Sequence record: NC_031126.1
DNA: 64,000 bases
Reading direction: 5' to 3' (one strand)
Positions within the stretch are counted from its first letter, which is position 1. Each line of letters opens with the position of its first letter. Below, piece after piece: positions 7,978 through 16,420 of the stretch. The notes beneath the pieces were generated by a model. The model was given only the letters and a program-made list of their open reading frames with translations. It was not told where the DNA came from and ran no database searches. The translations under genes were made by a program, and so were the position numbers.

Positions 7978-10281
7978 ATGAAAGAAACTCGTATCTCCAA
8001 TATGGAGAAGCTGATTGAGCAGGGTAACCAACTCGTTACTAATGCGTCAGTGCAGAACTCCACTAAAGACCTGTGGTCCACTATCGTTGCTGGTGAATCT
8101 ATTCGCGGCAGTAAAGTAAGTCAACAGTTCAACCAAGTTGCAACTGGTGCTGACCAGGCGTTCGGTAATGTGTTCGCTGGCAAAACCCTGTGTCATGCAG
8201 CGCGTACGGCTTCTGCAATGATTCTGGCTGCTGCCGGTAACGAAGAAGAGTTCATGGCGAAACCAGCTCGTGAGTCTAACGACAAGCGCTGGAACAGCTA
8301 TATGGAAACCGCCATCCCTGGCCAGGCTTCCCTGAACGCTGACTACGGCAAAACGCCACTGGTAGCGACCGAATACTACACCAACAAAGACCTGGATAAA
8401 AACCTCGGTCTGACTTGGACTCTGAACGTACGTGCGCTGGAAACTCAGTCTGCTTTCGCAGAACGCCTGTTCCCAACCATCACCGTTGAAACCAACGACG
8501 TTGGTATCACCGTGCGTACCAAAATCACCACCGTAACTCGCGGCGTGCTGAACGCACTGCTGGCTAAAGATTCCGTCATCGACGATCGTAAGCCGCTGCA
8601 CAACGCACTGACCGACCACACTGTACTGCAAGATGACGCAATCCGCATCGTGCCTTACGTGATGGAAACCGGTGAAAACGCCGAGTTCTTCGTTGATGAC
8701 CTGATCATCGACAACGAAACCGTTCGTCTGGGCCGTGTGCCTGCGTACCCAACCAACTTCCTGGACATCAAGAAAGAGAAGGGCAACCTGTTCCGTCTTT
8801 CTGCACATCCAGGTATCGTTGCTGAAGGTTACGACGAAACTGACGAAATCGCGCCGGGTGCTGCGCTGGGTACCATCCTGGTATCTGTTCGCAAACCGAC
8901 CGACGATGTCAAAGACGGTTCTCTGATCAAACTGAACACCCGCGACATGCAGTTCGCAAGCTTCCAACGTCCTCCTGAAGGTGACGGCCGTGAGCTGGTG
9001 CTGCAATTCCGTCGTACTCAGTTCGCGCTGAACGGCAAGTCCCTGGACTGGAAAGGTAACGACATCCCGGCAATCGCCGCGCTGGAGCAGAACAAGTACA
9101 CTCTGCGTTACGTTATCAACATCTCCATGAGCCTGTTCACTAACGGACCGCGTTCTGGCCAGTACGAAATCTCCGGCGCACGCCTGGACGTTGAAGAGCT
9201 GGTTGACGCAGCTGGTAACGAAGTCTCTATGGACACCGGTACCGGTAAAACCATTCGTGACAACCTGAAGATCGAAATGCTGGGCTGGAAATTCGACGGT
9301 ACTCGTACCAACGAAAACCGGAGAACCCAGGGTCTTCTGCTTGACCCAGTTTGGGAACAAGAGAACTACAAGCTGCAATACGGTTCTCCGATCATGACCA
9401 AAACTCCGGTCGGCGTTGAATACGACGACGCTGAGCGTCTGGATGACCTGGTTTCTGCGGTTAACATCCGTAACGAAATGCTGGCCATCACTCAGACTCT
9501 GAGCTATACCGACGCGGTTAAGCAAGCGGTTGATACCCTGGTAACTCAGTGGGACAAATCTGCTATCCGTGGTCTGGGTCGTCACTGGGTGCGTCCATGG
9601 TACGAAGAAGTTGACTTCAAAGTTGACGAAATCGTCCAGTCTCTGGAAACCAAAGACGCGCTGATCAACGCCCGCCAGGCGCTGCTGCAACGTATCGCTG
9701 ACCAGGTAACTCGTGCTATCCAGGATAGCCGTTACATGCCAGCTCTGCGTCTGCTGACTGCAAACCCACAGGCTGTTCCAAAAGTCATCATCGCAACTGA
9801 CGAACCTACTGCCGCAATGCTGTTGCTGCAACTGGGTGAAACTCGTCTGTTGGGCGACCGCTACGAATACGAAGTGGTTACCACGAACGATGACCGCTGG
9901 CGCATCAAGAACGAGGCTGACGGTTCTTGGACTCGTCGTCTGCAATGGGTTCTGAAAGTTGAAGGTACCGAAGAAGGCAGCTACTGCGTTCTGAACTGGG
10001 GTAACCATTTCTGGTCTCCAATCATGGTTACCAACATCAACATCCAGCGTAACGGTTCTACCTCTAAAGAGCTGGCAGTACAGCCGCGTAACGCGCACAT
10101 CTGCCACTGCCCAATCACTGGTCTGATTTGGGTTAAAGGTATCACCGATCTGGTTGCTAACAAACTGGCGTACAACGTCACCACTACCGCTAACGGTCAG
10201 ACTGGCACCCCTGGTGGCAATGCTGGCGATGTGAACGGTTCTGGTACTGACGCAGGCGCTGGCGCGGGCACCACTCCGTAA
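7978..10281 (+). CDS. major capsid protein (phiKZ gp120/SPN3US gp75-like)
   Basis: 767 aa; strong codon bias; ATE at residues 130-132 fits the A-x-E prohead cleavage motif, followed by YTNKDLDKN...FAERLFPTI; YGSPI and PRN.H motifs; strong terminator downstream. Confidence 0.9.
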   Translation: MKETRISNMEKLIEQGNQLVTNASVQNSTKDLWSTIVAGESIRGSKVSQQFNQVATGADQAFGNVFAGKTLCHAARTASAMILAAAGNEEEFMAKPARESNDKRWNSYMETAIPGQASLNADYGKTPLVATEYYTNKDLDKNLGLTWTLNVRALETQSAFAERLFPTITVETNDVGITVRTKITTVTRGVLNALLAKDSVIDDRKPLHNALTDHTVLQDDAIRIVPYVMETGENAEFFVDDLIIDNETVRLGRVPAYPTNFLDIKKEKGNLFRLSAHPGIVAEGYDETDEIAPGAALGTILVSVRKPTDDVKDGSLIKLNTRDMQFASFQRPPEGDGRELVLQFRRTQFALNGKSLDWKGNDIPAIAALEQNKYTLRYVINISMSLFTNGPRSGQYEISGARLDVEELVDAAGNEVSMDTGTGKTIRDNLKIEMLGWKFDGTRTNENRRTQGLLLDPVWEQENYKLQYGSPIMTKTPVGVEYDDAERLDDLVSAVNIRNEMLAITQTLSYTDAVKQAVDTLVTQWDKSAIRGLGRHWVRPWYEEVDFKVDEIVQSLETKDALINARQALLQRIADQVTRAIQDSRYMPALRLLTANPQAVPKVIIATDEPTAAMLLLQLGETRLLGDRYEYEVVTTNDDRWRIKNEADGSWTRRLQWVLKVEGTEEGSYCVLNWGNHFWSPIMVTNINIQRNGSTSKELAVQPRNAHICHCPITGLIWVKGITDLVANKLAYNVTTTANGQTGTPGGNAGDVNGSGTDAGAGAGTTP

Positions 10282-10315
10282 TCACACTCTTCATGTCTGA
10301 AGAAATGTGAAAAGG

Positions 10316-10353
10316 ACTCTACTCCCTTCGGGGAGTAGAGTTTTCTTTTTTTT
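10316..10353 (+). terminator. intrinsic terminator (UUCG loop)
   Basis: actctactccc-ttcg-gggagtagagt, 11-bp stem followed by long T tract. Confidence 0.9.
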
Positions 10354-10374
10354 GTTCTAACTCAAAATTTATTG

Positions 10375-10393
10375 AGATAGATATTATCTAAGG
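10375..10393 (+). promoter_or_regulatory. putative early promoter
   Basis: agatagatattatctaagg matches the repeated AGATA(G/T)ATATTA motif. Confidence 0.65.
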
Positions 10394-10426
10394 GAATGAC
10401 TATCTTATTTTATCAAGGAGTAGCTA

Positions 10427-11128
10427 ATGGAATATGTTTTAACGAAGTCAAAGCTCACCGCTTCGTTATTCGACGGACGTGGTTATCTGGTCACCGTCCG
10501 GGATAACAAAGAACGTCGCGGTATAATGAATTCCCTGTTTAACTCCGCGGAAATGTACATGAGTCGCGATGCGGTTGAGGTTATTCGCCGTTGGGTGCGG
10601 ATGTGGGAGTTGAAGCTAGAAAATGATGATGAGTTTAAATGTCTGGGTGAAGTCCTTCACTTCGGCGATATCGAGTTCGTGATGTTCGACCGTAGTGATT
10701 ACGGCTGGCCAATGAATCTTAGGGAACTTAAAGAGACTCAACCAGAAGCAATTACAGAGATTTTTAATACTATCCGCGAGAATTTTACTACCGGCTACGA
10801 TGAGGCCACCTGGCATAAGCAGAATGATTACCATGTTCCGTATCTTTCTGAGTCTTATAACGTGCCGGGGCGAATGATGCAATTCAACTTCGAGAATGAT
10901 AGCGTAGCGTACGATTATCGTCTGTTTAACCAACCGGTCCCTATCCCGTATGTGTCGCGTGACATGACCATGATTAGAATGGCAGAGTCGCTCATCAATA
11001 TCGCTAACACCAAAACGTACCCTTATAAAGGATATAAGCTCGACCTGCAACTCGGATTCGGTAACATGGAGCTGGCCGAATTGAACCGTGACCAACTGCT
11101 GGAAATAGCCCAACGACTGATACCTTGA
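10427..11128 (+). CDS. hypothetical early protein
   Basis: 233 aa; tatcaaggag RBS. Confidence 0.8.
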   Translation: MEYVLTKSKLTASLFDGRGYLVTVRDNKERRGIMNSLFNSAEMYMSRDAVEVIRRWVRMWELKLENDDEFKCLGEVLHFGDIEFVMFDRSDYGWPMNLRELKETQPEAITEIFNTIRENFTTGYDEATWHKQNDYHVPYLSESYNVPGRMMQFNFENDSVAYDYRLFNQPVPIPYVSRDMTMIRMAESLINIANTKTYPYKGYKLDLQLGFGNMELAELNRDQLLEIAQRLIP

Positions 11129-11133
11129 GGTTT

Positions 11134-11200
11134 TTTACGTGGAGACCAAGTGATATGGGCATTCACTCCACGTAATTTTGGATAGATATTATCCATGTGA
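11134..11200 (+). promoter_or_regulatory. tandem promoters: TTTACGT-N13-TATG (11134-11157) and early motif (11180-11200)
   Basis: Both motifs read directly in the intergenic sequence. Confidence 0.6.
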
Positions 11201-11231
11201 ACTGTTCGTTGGTTTTATAATTGGGTACCCC

Positions 11232-12329
11232 ATGAATTATCAAAAACTGGATGTCGCACCGGTAGTTGTGCCACGACCCATGCAACATGGTGTCATGACC
11301 AAAACAATCAGCTATGCGAATAACACCGGTATCCCTTTGTACGTTACTGAAAGCCATGGCGGTAGTTTTATACTGGAACCAAAGCGTAATCGTGTTGTTA
11401 GTCCAAATGCGATTGAGATTTACGTGACGTACAAAGTGCCAGCAGGAACAGCGAATCTGGCTATGATGGCAGAGTCGTTCTCAGAGGTCGTGTTCCGAAA
11501 CATGGCCAATGAGTTGAGGCAGTATGGTGAAGCCACATTGCTGTACGTGGTGGATGATCCTGTTCCTATTTTACGTGGAGAAGCAGTAGTATTGAGTGAT
11601 TTGGGTTTGGCCATTTCTAGCCGACCGGTTGGGATTAACCGAACTCCGATTACCAAAACTCACGGCGACCGTACCAATATCACGCTAGGTGTCGTGGTGG
11701 TGCAGCGCTATGATGACCCAACTAACTATACGTGGGTAAGGTATTATACCACGATGGTCAAAGTAGACTCTGTGCGCTCTAAGTATTACGAAGAGGGCGT
11801 ATACATGGTGATGATGTCCGGCGAGATTGCCGAGGGTGGTCGACTGTTGCATTTTAAGTTCGATGATCCACTATCACCGTTCCGAGTGTTTGAGAGTGAG
11901 GATGCGGCTCGTAGTTTCCGTTGGCTTTCGGAAGCGATACCGGATCTCGCCAATATGCGTCAGCAGTTGGCAGATAAGATTCGGGATGTGGACCGTGAAC
12001 TTGCTGATCGGAAAGCGCAGCAGGATTTGGAGCATCGACAGCGAATGAATGACTTAGCCTTTAATAAAGAAGAGGTATTGGCTGAGTATCGCACGCTAGA
12101 GCTGAGACAGAAACAGCAGTCCGACGAGCGGAAAGATCATTTAGAGGAACGTTCACTTACTCGTAAGGATGCTTACGATGAGAAATCGTTAATCAGAAAG
12201 GATCAGTCAGAGGAGCGCAAAGAGAGCTATGACCAACGTGCCACGGTGAGGAAAGATGGGTCTGATTTTCTCAAGGCTATCCCCACGTACTTAGCGGCGG
12301 GTATGGCATTACTGGCGATTATGAAATAA
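11232..12329 (+). CDS. coiled-coil protein with 11-residue repeats and C-terminal hydrophobic anchor (phiKZ gp122-like position)
   Basis: Start re-assigned to ATG 11232; S..RKD...E(R/K) repeats; ends AIPTYLAAGMALLAIMK. Confidence 0.75.
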   Translation: MNYQKLDVAPVVVPRPMQHGVMTKTISYANNTGIPLYVTESHGGSFILEPKRNRVVSPNAIEIYVTYKVPAGTANLAMMAESFSEVVFRNMANELRQYGEATLLYVVDDPVPILRGEAVVLSDLGLAISSRPVGINRTPITKTHGDRTNITLGVVVVQRYDDPTNYTWVRYYTTMVKVDSVRSKYYEEGVYMVMMSGEIAEGGRLLHFKFDDPLSPFRVFESEDAARSFRWLSEAIPDLANMRQQLADKIRDVDRELADRKAQQDLEHRQRMNDLAFNKEEVLAEYRTLELRQKQQSDERKDHLEERSLTRKDAYDEKSLIRKDQSEERKESYDQRATVRKDGSDFLKAIPTYLAAGMALLAIMK

Positions 12330-12340
12330 GGAGGGTCGGT

Positions 12341-14110
12341 GTGTTTGCAGATTCTATTAAGCGATTAAAGACGGAAGGTAAAATTGTTCCGTTTAATCGT
12401 GCTGTGGCAGAGGGGATCGGATACACACAAGCGAAAGACGGGATACACGAGCGGGTATATAGCATTCTTCGACGCGAACTAACGTACGACCCGGAAACCA
12501 ATCCGCGCTTACCTATCGGGTTAGCGGTACAACAGTTTCGCTTCATGCAGCCGTTCGAAACATTCGTCTTTAAAGTGGCGAAGGCGGATAACCGCCAGGC
12601 CCGCGGTCGTGCACCAATTTCGATTGCGCGTACTGACCAATACATGATCATGGCTAACTTCAAGATTCCGGGTGAGAACCGCCTGACGCCAAGACCGATG
12701 TACTTACCGTTCATTCGTCGTGGTGGGTTGATGCACAGCTGGGGCACATTGTACCATGTGGCACCTGTTATTCACCAACCGGGAATCTGTCGTGAACACG
12801 GTGGTATCTTCATTAACTTTGACTTCACCCGTAAAGTGTCGTTGAAGTTCTGCAAGAATCCGGCGCGAGTTTTGGTCAATGGGAAAAAGGAAGAAATCTA
12901 CCTGCCGGGTACGAATAACCTGTATGTCCCTAAAACCACCCAAGGCAACGATTCCGATGAAAAGCCACTGATGTATTGGCTCTTCGGGAAATATGGCTTC
13001 AGCGAGGCTGTGAAGCGTTGTACGGGGGCTGATGTGAAGATATGGCCAGCGTATCGTGTGAAAGAACTGGATCTGGACAAGCAAGTGGTGATTTCGTCAG
13101 GCGAACCACAACTGGCGAAGAATATTCAGTACGTGCTGGTCACGGATAAAGAGAACTTCCCGAACATTGACCGTTCCCGTTGGGATCAGAGTGAGCATCT
13201 TCTGTTGGTGACTTGTGCTGCCTTCTATAAAGCTGCGCATTATTACGCTGGGAAACAATCTGCCCGTTCACCACAGCGCACTACACTGACCCCACTCTTT
13301 ACCCGCATCAATGAATTTGATGAAGCGGATGATCTCGCTAACTTGGACTCCCCAGAAATCTGGAAAGAAATCCTGGGCCGTAGCATTCAGGGTACCAAAC
13401 CTTCAGACGTGGATTTACTGAGAAGTATGAACAGTCACTTCATGGAGTGTGAACGTTATGTTAACAATACGTTCCGCGCCGAGCTGATGGTGACCGATCC
13501 GGATATTGACCCGGACATCGACATGTTTGACTTCCTGTATTACACGACCAAACTGATGGTGCGTACCCGACTTACCAAGCAGGATGATATCCCGTCCATG
13601 TACGGTAAGCGTTTGACCGTAGTCGATTACCTGTTGTTAGGTCAGACTGGGTTTACGAGCACCATCTCCTTTATCCGCTGGCGTCTCAGTCAGCTGGAGA
13701 ATCGGAGTGCGGAAACCTGCCACGAAACCATCCGTGATGAGCTGAACAAGAAAATTGTACCAAATCTGGTGTGCCGTGGTATTACCAGTAATGGTGCGAT
13801 TAACTTCTTTAACGCTTCTACGGAATCTATGGTACTGGCTGTCTCGACGCACGCAATAGGACAAACCGAAACGGATAACAAACGTAGCAAGAAAGGTAAA
13901 ACCGTTAACTTGAATGACCGCACTAAACATGCGTCAGCATCACATCTGGAATTGGGTAACGTTTACTACATTCCTAAGTCTGCACCATTCAAGTCTAACA
14001 TTCTCAACCCGTACATGACGACGAACCGAAATCTTGTCATGTTGCGAAATCCAGCCCTCGATCCGATCATTCGAGAAGCTGAGGCCGACATTGCACAAAT
14101 CGGCCGTTAA
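12341..14110 (+). CDS. non-virion RNA polymerase beta-type subunit (phiKZ gp123-like)
   Basis: 589 aa; GTG start after ggaggg; MYLPFIRRGG, G..YHVAPVI, SMYGKRL, HASASHLELG..Y.IPKS.P motifs; synteny downstream of capsid gene. Confidence 0.75.
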   Translation: MFADSIKRLKTEGKIVPFNRAVAEGIGYTQAKDGIHERVYSILRRELTYDPETNPRLPIGLAVQQFRFMQPFETFVFKVAKADNRQARGRAPISIARTDQYMIMANFKIPGENRLTPRPMYLPFIRRGGLMHSWGTLYHVAPVIHQPGICREHGGIFINFDFTRKVSLKFCKNPARVLVNGKKEEIYLPGTNNLYVPKTTQGNDSDEKPLMYWLFGKYGFSEAVKRCTGADVKIWPAYRVKELDLDKQVVISSGEPQLAKNIQYVLVTDKENFPNIDRSRWDQSEHLLLVTCAAFYKAAHYYAGKQSARSPQRTTLTPLFTRINEFDEADDLANLDSPEIWKEILGRSIQGTKPSDVDLLRSMNSHFMECERYVNNTFRAELMVTDPDIDPDIDMFDFLYYTTKLMVRTRLTKQDDIPSMYGKRLTVVDYLLLGQTGFTSTISFIRWRLSQLENRSAETCHETIRDELNKKIVPNLVCRGITSNGAINFFNASTESMVLAVSTHAIGQTETDNKRSKKGKTVNLNDRTKHASASHLELGNVYYIPKSAPFKSNILNPYMTTNRNLVMLRNPALDPIIREAEADIAQIGR

Positions 14111-14140
14111 AGAATACAAATCTAAAGGAGAATCAAGAAC

Positions 14141-15736
14141 ATGGCAATTACCGCACAAGCTGTAGCAAAACTCTGCGAAGCCCGCCTGAACAGTGACGAG
14201 AATCTGGCGAAGATTAACGGGGCAGTCATCAATAACAACGTTGATGTGACCGAAGCCCTGGATATAGCAGTTCGTTTTGGTACCATGGTGGCGTCCCGTC
14301 CCGGTGTGACTGAACAGAAATTGGCAGACGGTATTGTGGCGGCTTTTAAAGCGGCAGCCTACAAGAAACTGCAACAGTACAACATCGGCTTCAACAATGA
14401 CCCGCAACTCCATAATGGCCTGAACAACATGTTCAAGGAAGTGGTTGCGATGATTAAAGCGGGTGAGCAAAGCGCACAAGTCGGTGGTTTGACCGGCGGC
14501 CTGCGTCTGGGTGGTTTAGGTGGCGGTGGTGTTAGTGCAGGCGGATCTCTGTCGATTGATACTACACCAACCCTTAGCAGCCCAGGCTTACCAATTGAAG
14601 TCGGTGGTGGCCTGAACGTAAGTACCGGTATTCCGGTAACCCCTACGCAGATTCCAGCAGCACAACCGACATCGCCGTTGGCAGCTATGCCAGTAGCGAC
14701 GTTAGTACCGGACACCAACCAACCAATTATGGCACTGTCTCAACCTGTGGGCAATGTCAACGAACCTGTCTTTAGCCCAATTGAGGAACTGGCTTTGGAA
14801 AGTTACGCAGAGCACGAACTGGACACGCCAAAGCGTCGTGTATCCATCACCGCGAAAGAAGCTAACGACCGCGTAACTGAATACGCGGAAACGAAGGACT
14901 GGAAGAAACCACTGGAAGAGCTGGTACTGGGCACAGAACCGGCGGTGTATTACAGTGGCGCAGACATCGCCGTGCGTCTGCGTGAACAGAAACGTTCTTA
15001 TCTGGTCGGCATCAATGCAGAAACTAGCGAACGTTTCAAAGCGTTTGTTGGCGAGCACAACACCCACATCCAAACTCTGCGTGCTCTGGTTAAACAGAAT
15101 CACGATGCGGACAAGGTAATGAAGGTGGTGTCCGAAACTGTACAAGCGATGAAGCTGGCTGTGGTTCAACTGTACAGTAATTCCGTAAATGAAACAGAAG
15201 ATGTGACCGAAACCATCGTGTCCGAAGCCGTGCGTTTTACTAACGCATATCTCGGCATGTTGAGCATGACGGTTCACAACGGTTTGTCTCTGGCTACGGA
15301 TCGCTGTGCAGAATTGCCTGGGAAGTTTAAAGGTGTCGAGTTAGAACGTAACATGGACGACCTGAACTTCTTCGCAGGTCAACTGTACCAATCCACGATC
15401 GGTGACAACGGTTACACGAATACGCCGGATTTCTTCCGTGACTTATTCATGACTGTGGCCACCTCTGTCTCAACACTGACCGTGAAAATGGAAGGTAGCG
15501 CGACCGTTACGATTGTGCAGACTGGCTACGATATTTTGATTCCGGGCAACTACCCAACCCTAACTCGTAACAGTATGGTAGGTAAACATTCTCTGGGGGC
15601 TACCGAAGTCCCAGTGACTGAAATCTACGAATACCTGCGCCATGGTATTCCGGACGCCAATATCTATCTGGTGGCACCGCAGGCACGTTACTTGTTGTTA
15701 TCCAACGGTGAGCCGACTGCGGCTATCCGTTACTAA
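14141..15736 (+). CDS. hypothetical protein with Gly/Pro-rich linker; possible protease-processed head protein
   Basis: 531 aa; aaaggag RBS; ALE-S at residues 218-221 right after the low-complexity linker. Confidence 0.7.
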   Translation: MAITAQAVAKLCEARLNSDENLAKINGAVINNNVDVTEALDIAVRFGTMVASRPGVTEQKLADGIVAAFKAAAYKKLQQYNIGFNNDPQLHNGLNNMFKEVVAMIKAGEQSAQVGGLTGGLRLGGLGGGGVSAGGSLSIDTTPTLSSPGLPIEVGGGLNVSTGIPVTPTQIPAAQPTSPLAAMPVATLVPDTNQPIMALSQPVGNVNEPVFSPIEELALESYAEHELDTPKRRVSITAKEANDRVTEYAETKDWKKPLEELVLGTEPAVYYSGADIAVRLREQKRSYLVGINAETSERFKAFVGEHNTHIQTLRALVKQNHDADKVMKVVSETVQAMKLAVVQLYSNSVNETEDVTETIVSEAVRFTNAYLGMLSMTVHNGLSLATDRCAELPGKFKGVELERNMDDLNFFAGQLYQSTIGDNGYTNTPDFFRDLFMTVATSVSTLTVKMEGSATVTIVQTGYDILIPGNYPTLTRNSMVGKHSLGATEVPVTEIYEYLRHGIPDANIYLVAPQARYLLLSNGEPTAAIRY

Positions 15737-15742
15737 GTGAAA

Positions 15743-15772
15743 AGGGGGCCTTCGGGCTCCCTCTTCTTTTTT
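15743..15772 (+). terminator. intrinsic terminator (UUCG loop)
   Basis: agggggcc-ttcg-ggctccct followed by T tract. Confidence 0.75.
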
Positions 15773-15788
15773 GTTTGAGGAGAGTACA

Positions 15789-16013
15789 ATGGAAACGAAC
15801 GAAGTTTTAGCATCAGTAACCGCAGAACGTGATGATCTGGACGCCAAGCTTATCGCGTTAAGCGATTACCGCAACGGCTCAGATTTCAATGCACTGCCTG
15901 AGAAACAACAGGCGTTACTGCTGATGCAACTTAACGCGATGACCTTGTATCTTGACGTGCTGAACATGCGCATCGATGAGATGGAACCGGAAGCTGCGCC
16001 CCCTGAGGAATAA
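15789..16013 (+). CDS. T4 Y16Q/crAss001_48-like two-helix protein; candidate immune-signal sponge
   Basis: 74 aa from ATG 15789; E.D.L..K..AL......F..L....Q.LL..Q...M..Y...L..RI pattern aligns by eye with the recalled T4 Y16Q sequence. Confidence 0.7.
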   Translation: METNEVLASVTAERDDLDAKLIALSDYRNGSDFNALPEKQQALLLMQLNAMTLYLDVLNMRIDEMEPEAAPPEE

Positions 16014-16057
16014 TTATTATAGATAGAAGCTGAATACTCCGTAAATGAGGTACGAGT

Positions 16058-16360
16058 ATGGTGAAACTGTTTGTAATAGAAATGAATCAGTGGCGAGATG
16101 TCTTGCTGCGATTCGAACTCCCGGATAACGACGCTACCACAGCGTTCCTGGAGCGCTTTCAACAAGTGAAGTCAGGGATAAGTGGTGGTAGGCGTTTCCA
16201 CGTCTATTACAACGTACGCCGTGCGCTCATACCGGCATTGGAAGCCGCCCAATTGCCTAAGGCTCTGGAGTTTCTCGCCAAGTACGAGAAAGACCCTTTG
16301 GCCATTGGTATCATGAAGGAAGAGAAGGAGACCGTAGGGAAACCTGCGTCACTGGATTAA
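16058..16360 (+). CDS. hypothetical protein
   Basis: 100 aa; gaggt RBS; ends before bidirectional terminator. Confidence 0.65.
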   Translation: MVKLFVIEMNQWRDVLLRFELPDNDATTAFLERFQQVKSGISGGRRFHVYYNVRRALIPALEAAQLPKALEFLAKYEKDPLAIGIMKEEKETVGKPASLD

Positions 16361-16369
16361 AAATAAGTA

Positions 16370-16412
16370 GTACCTCTACCCGAAAGGGTAGAGGTACACT
16401 TCACTTATTTTT
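16370..16412. terminator. bidirectional intrinsic terminator
   Basis: gtacctctaccc-gaaa-gggtagaggtac, 12-bp stem between convergent genes, A-rich left flank and T-rich right flank. Confidence 0.85.
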
Positions 16413-16420
16413 TTTGTTAC

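Noticed and set aside
8047-10107. 686-aa minus-strand ORF opposite the capsid gene
   Set aside because: Shadow ORF expected from the strong codon bias of a highly expressed gene; V/Q/F-rich composition, no recognisable motif, no expression signals
12341-14110. Short RNA polymerase subunit as evidence of intron, intein or gene breakage
   Set aside because: Split beta/beta-prime subunits are the established architecture of phiKZ-like polymerases; no intein or homing-endonuclease motifs seen
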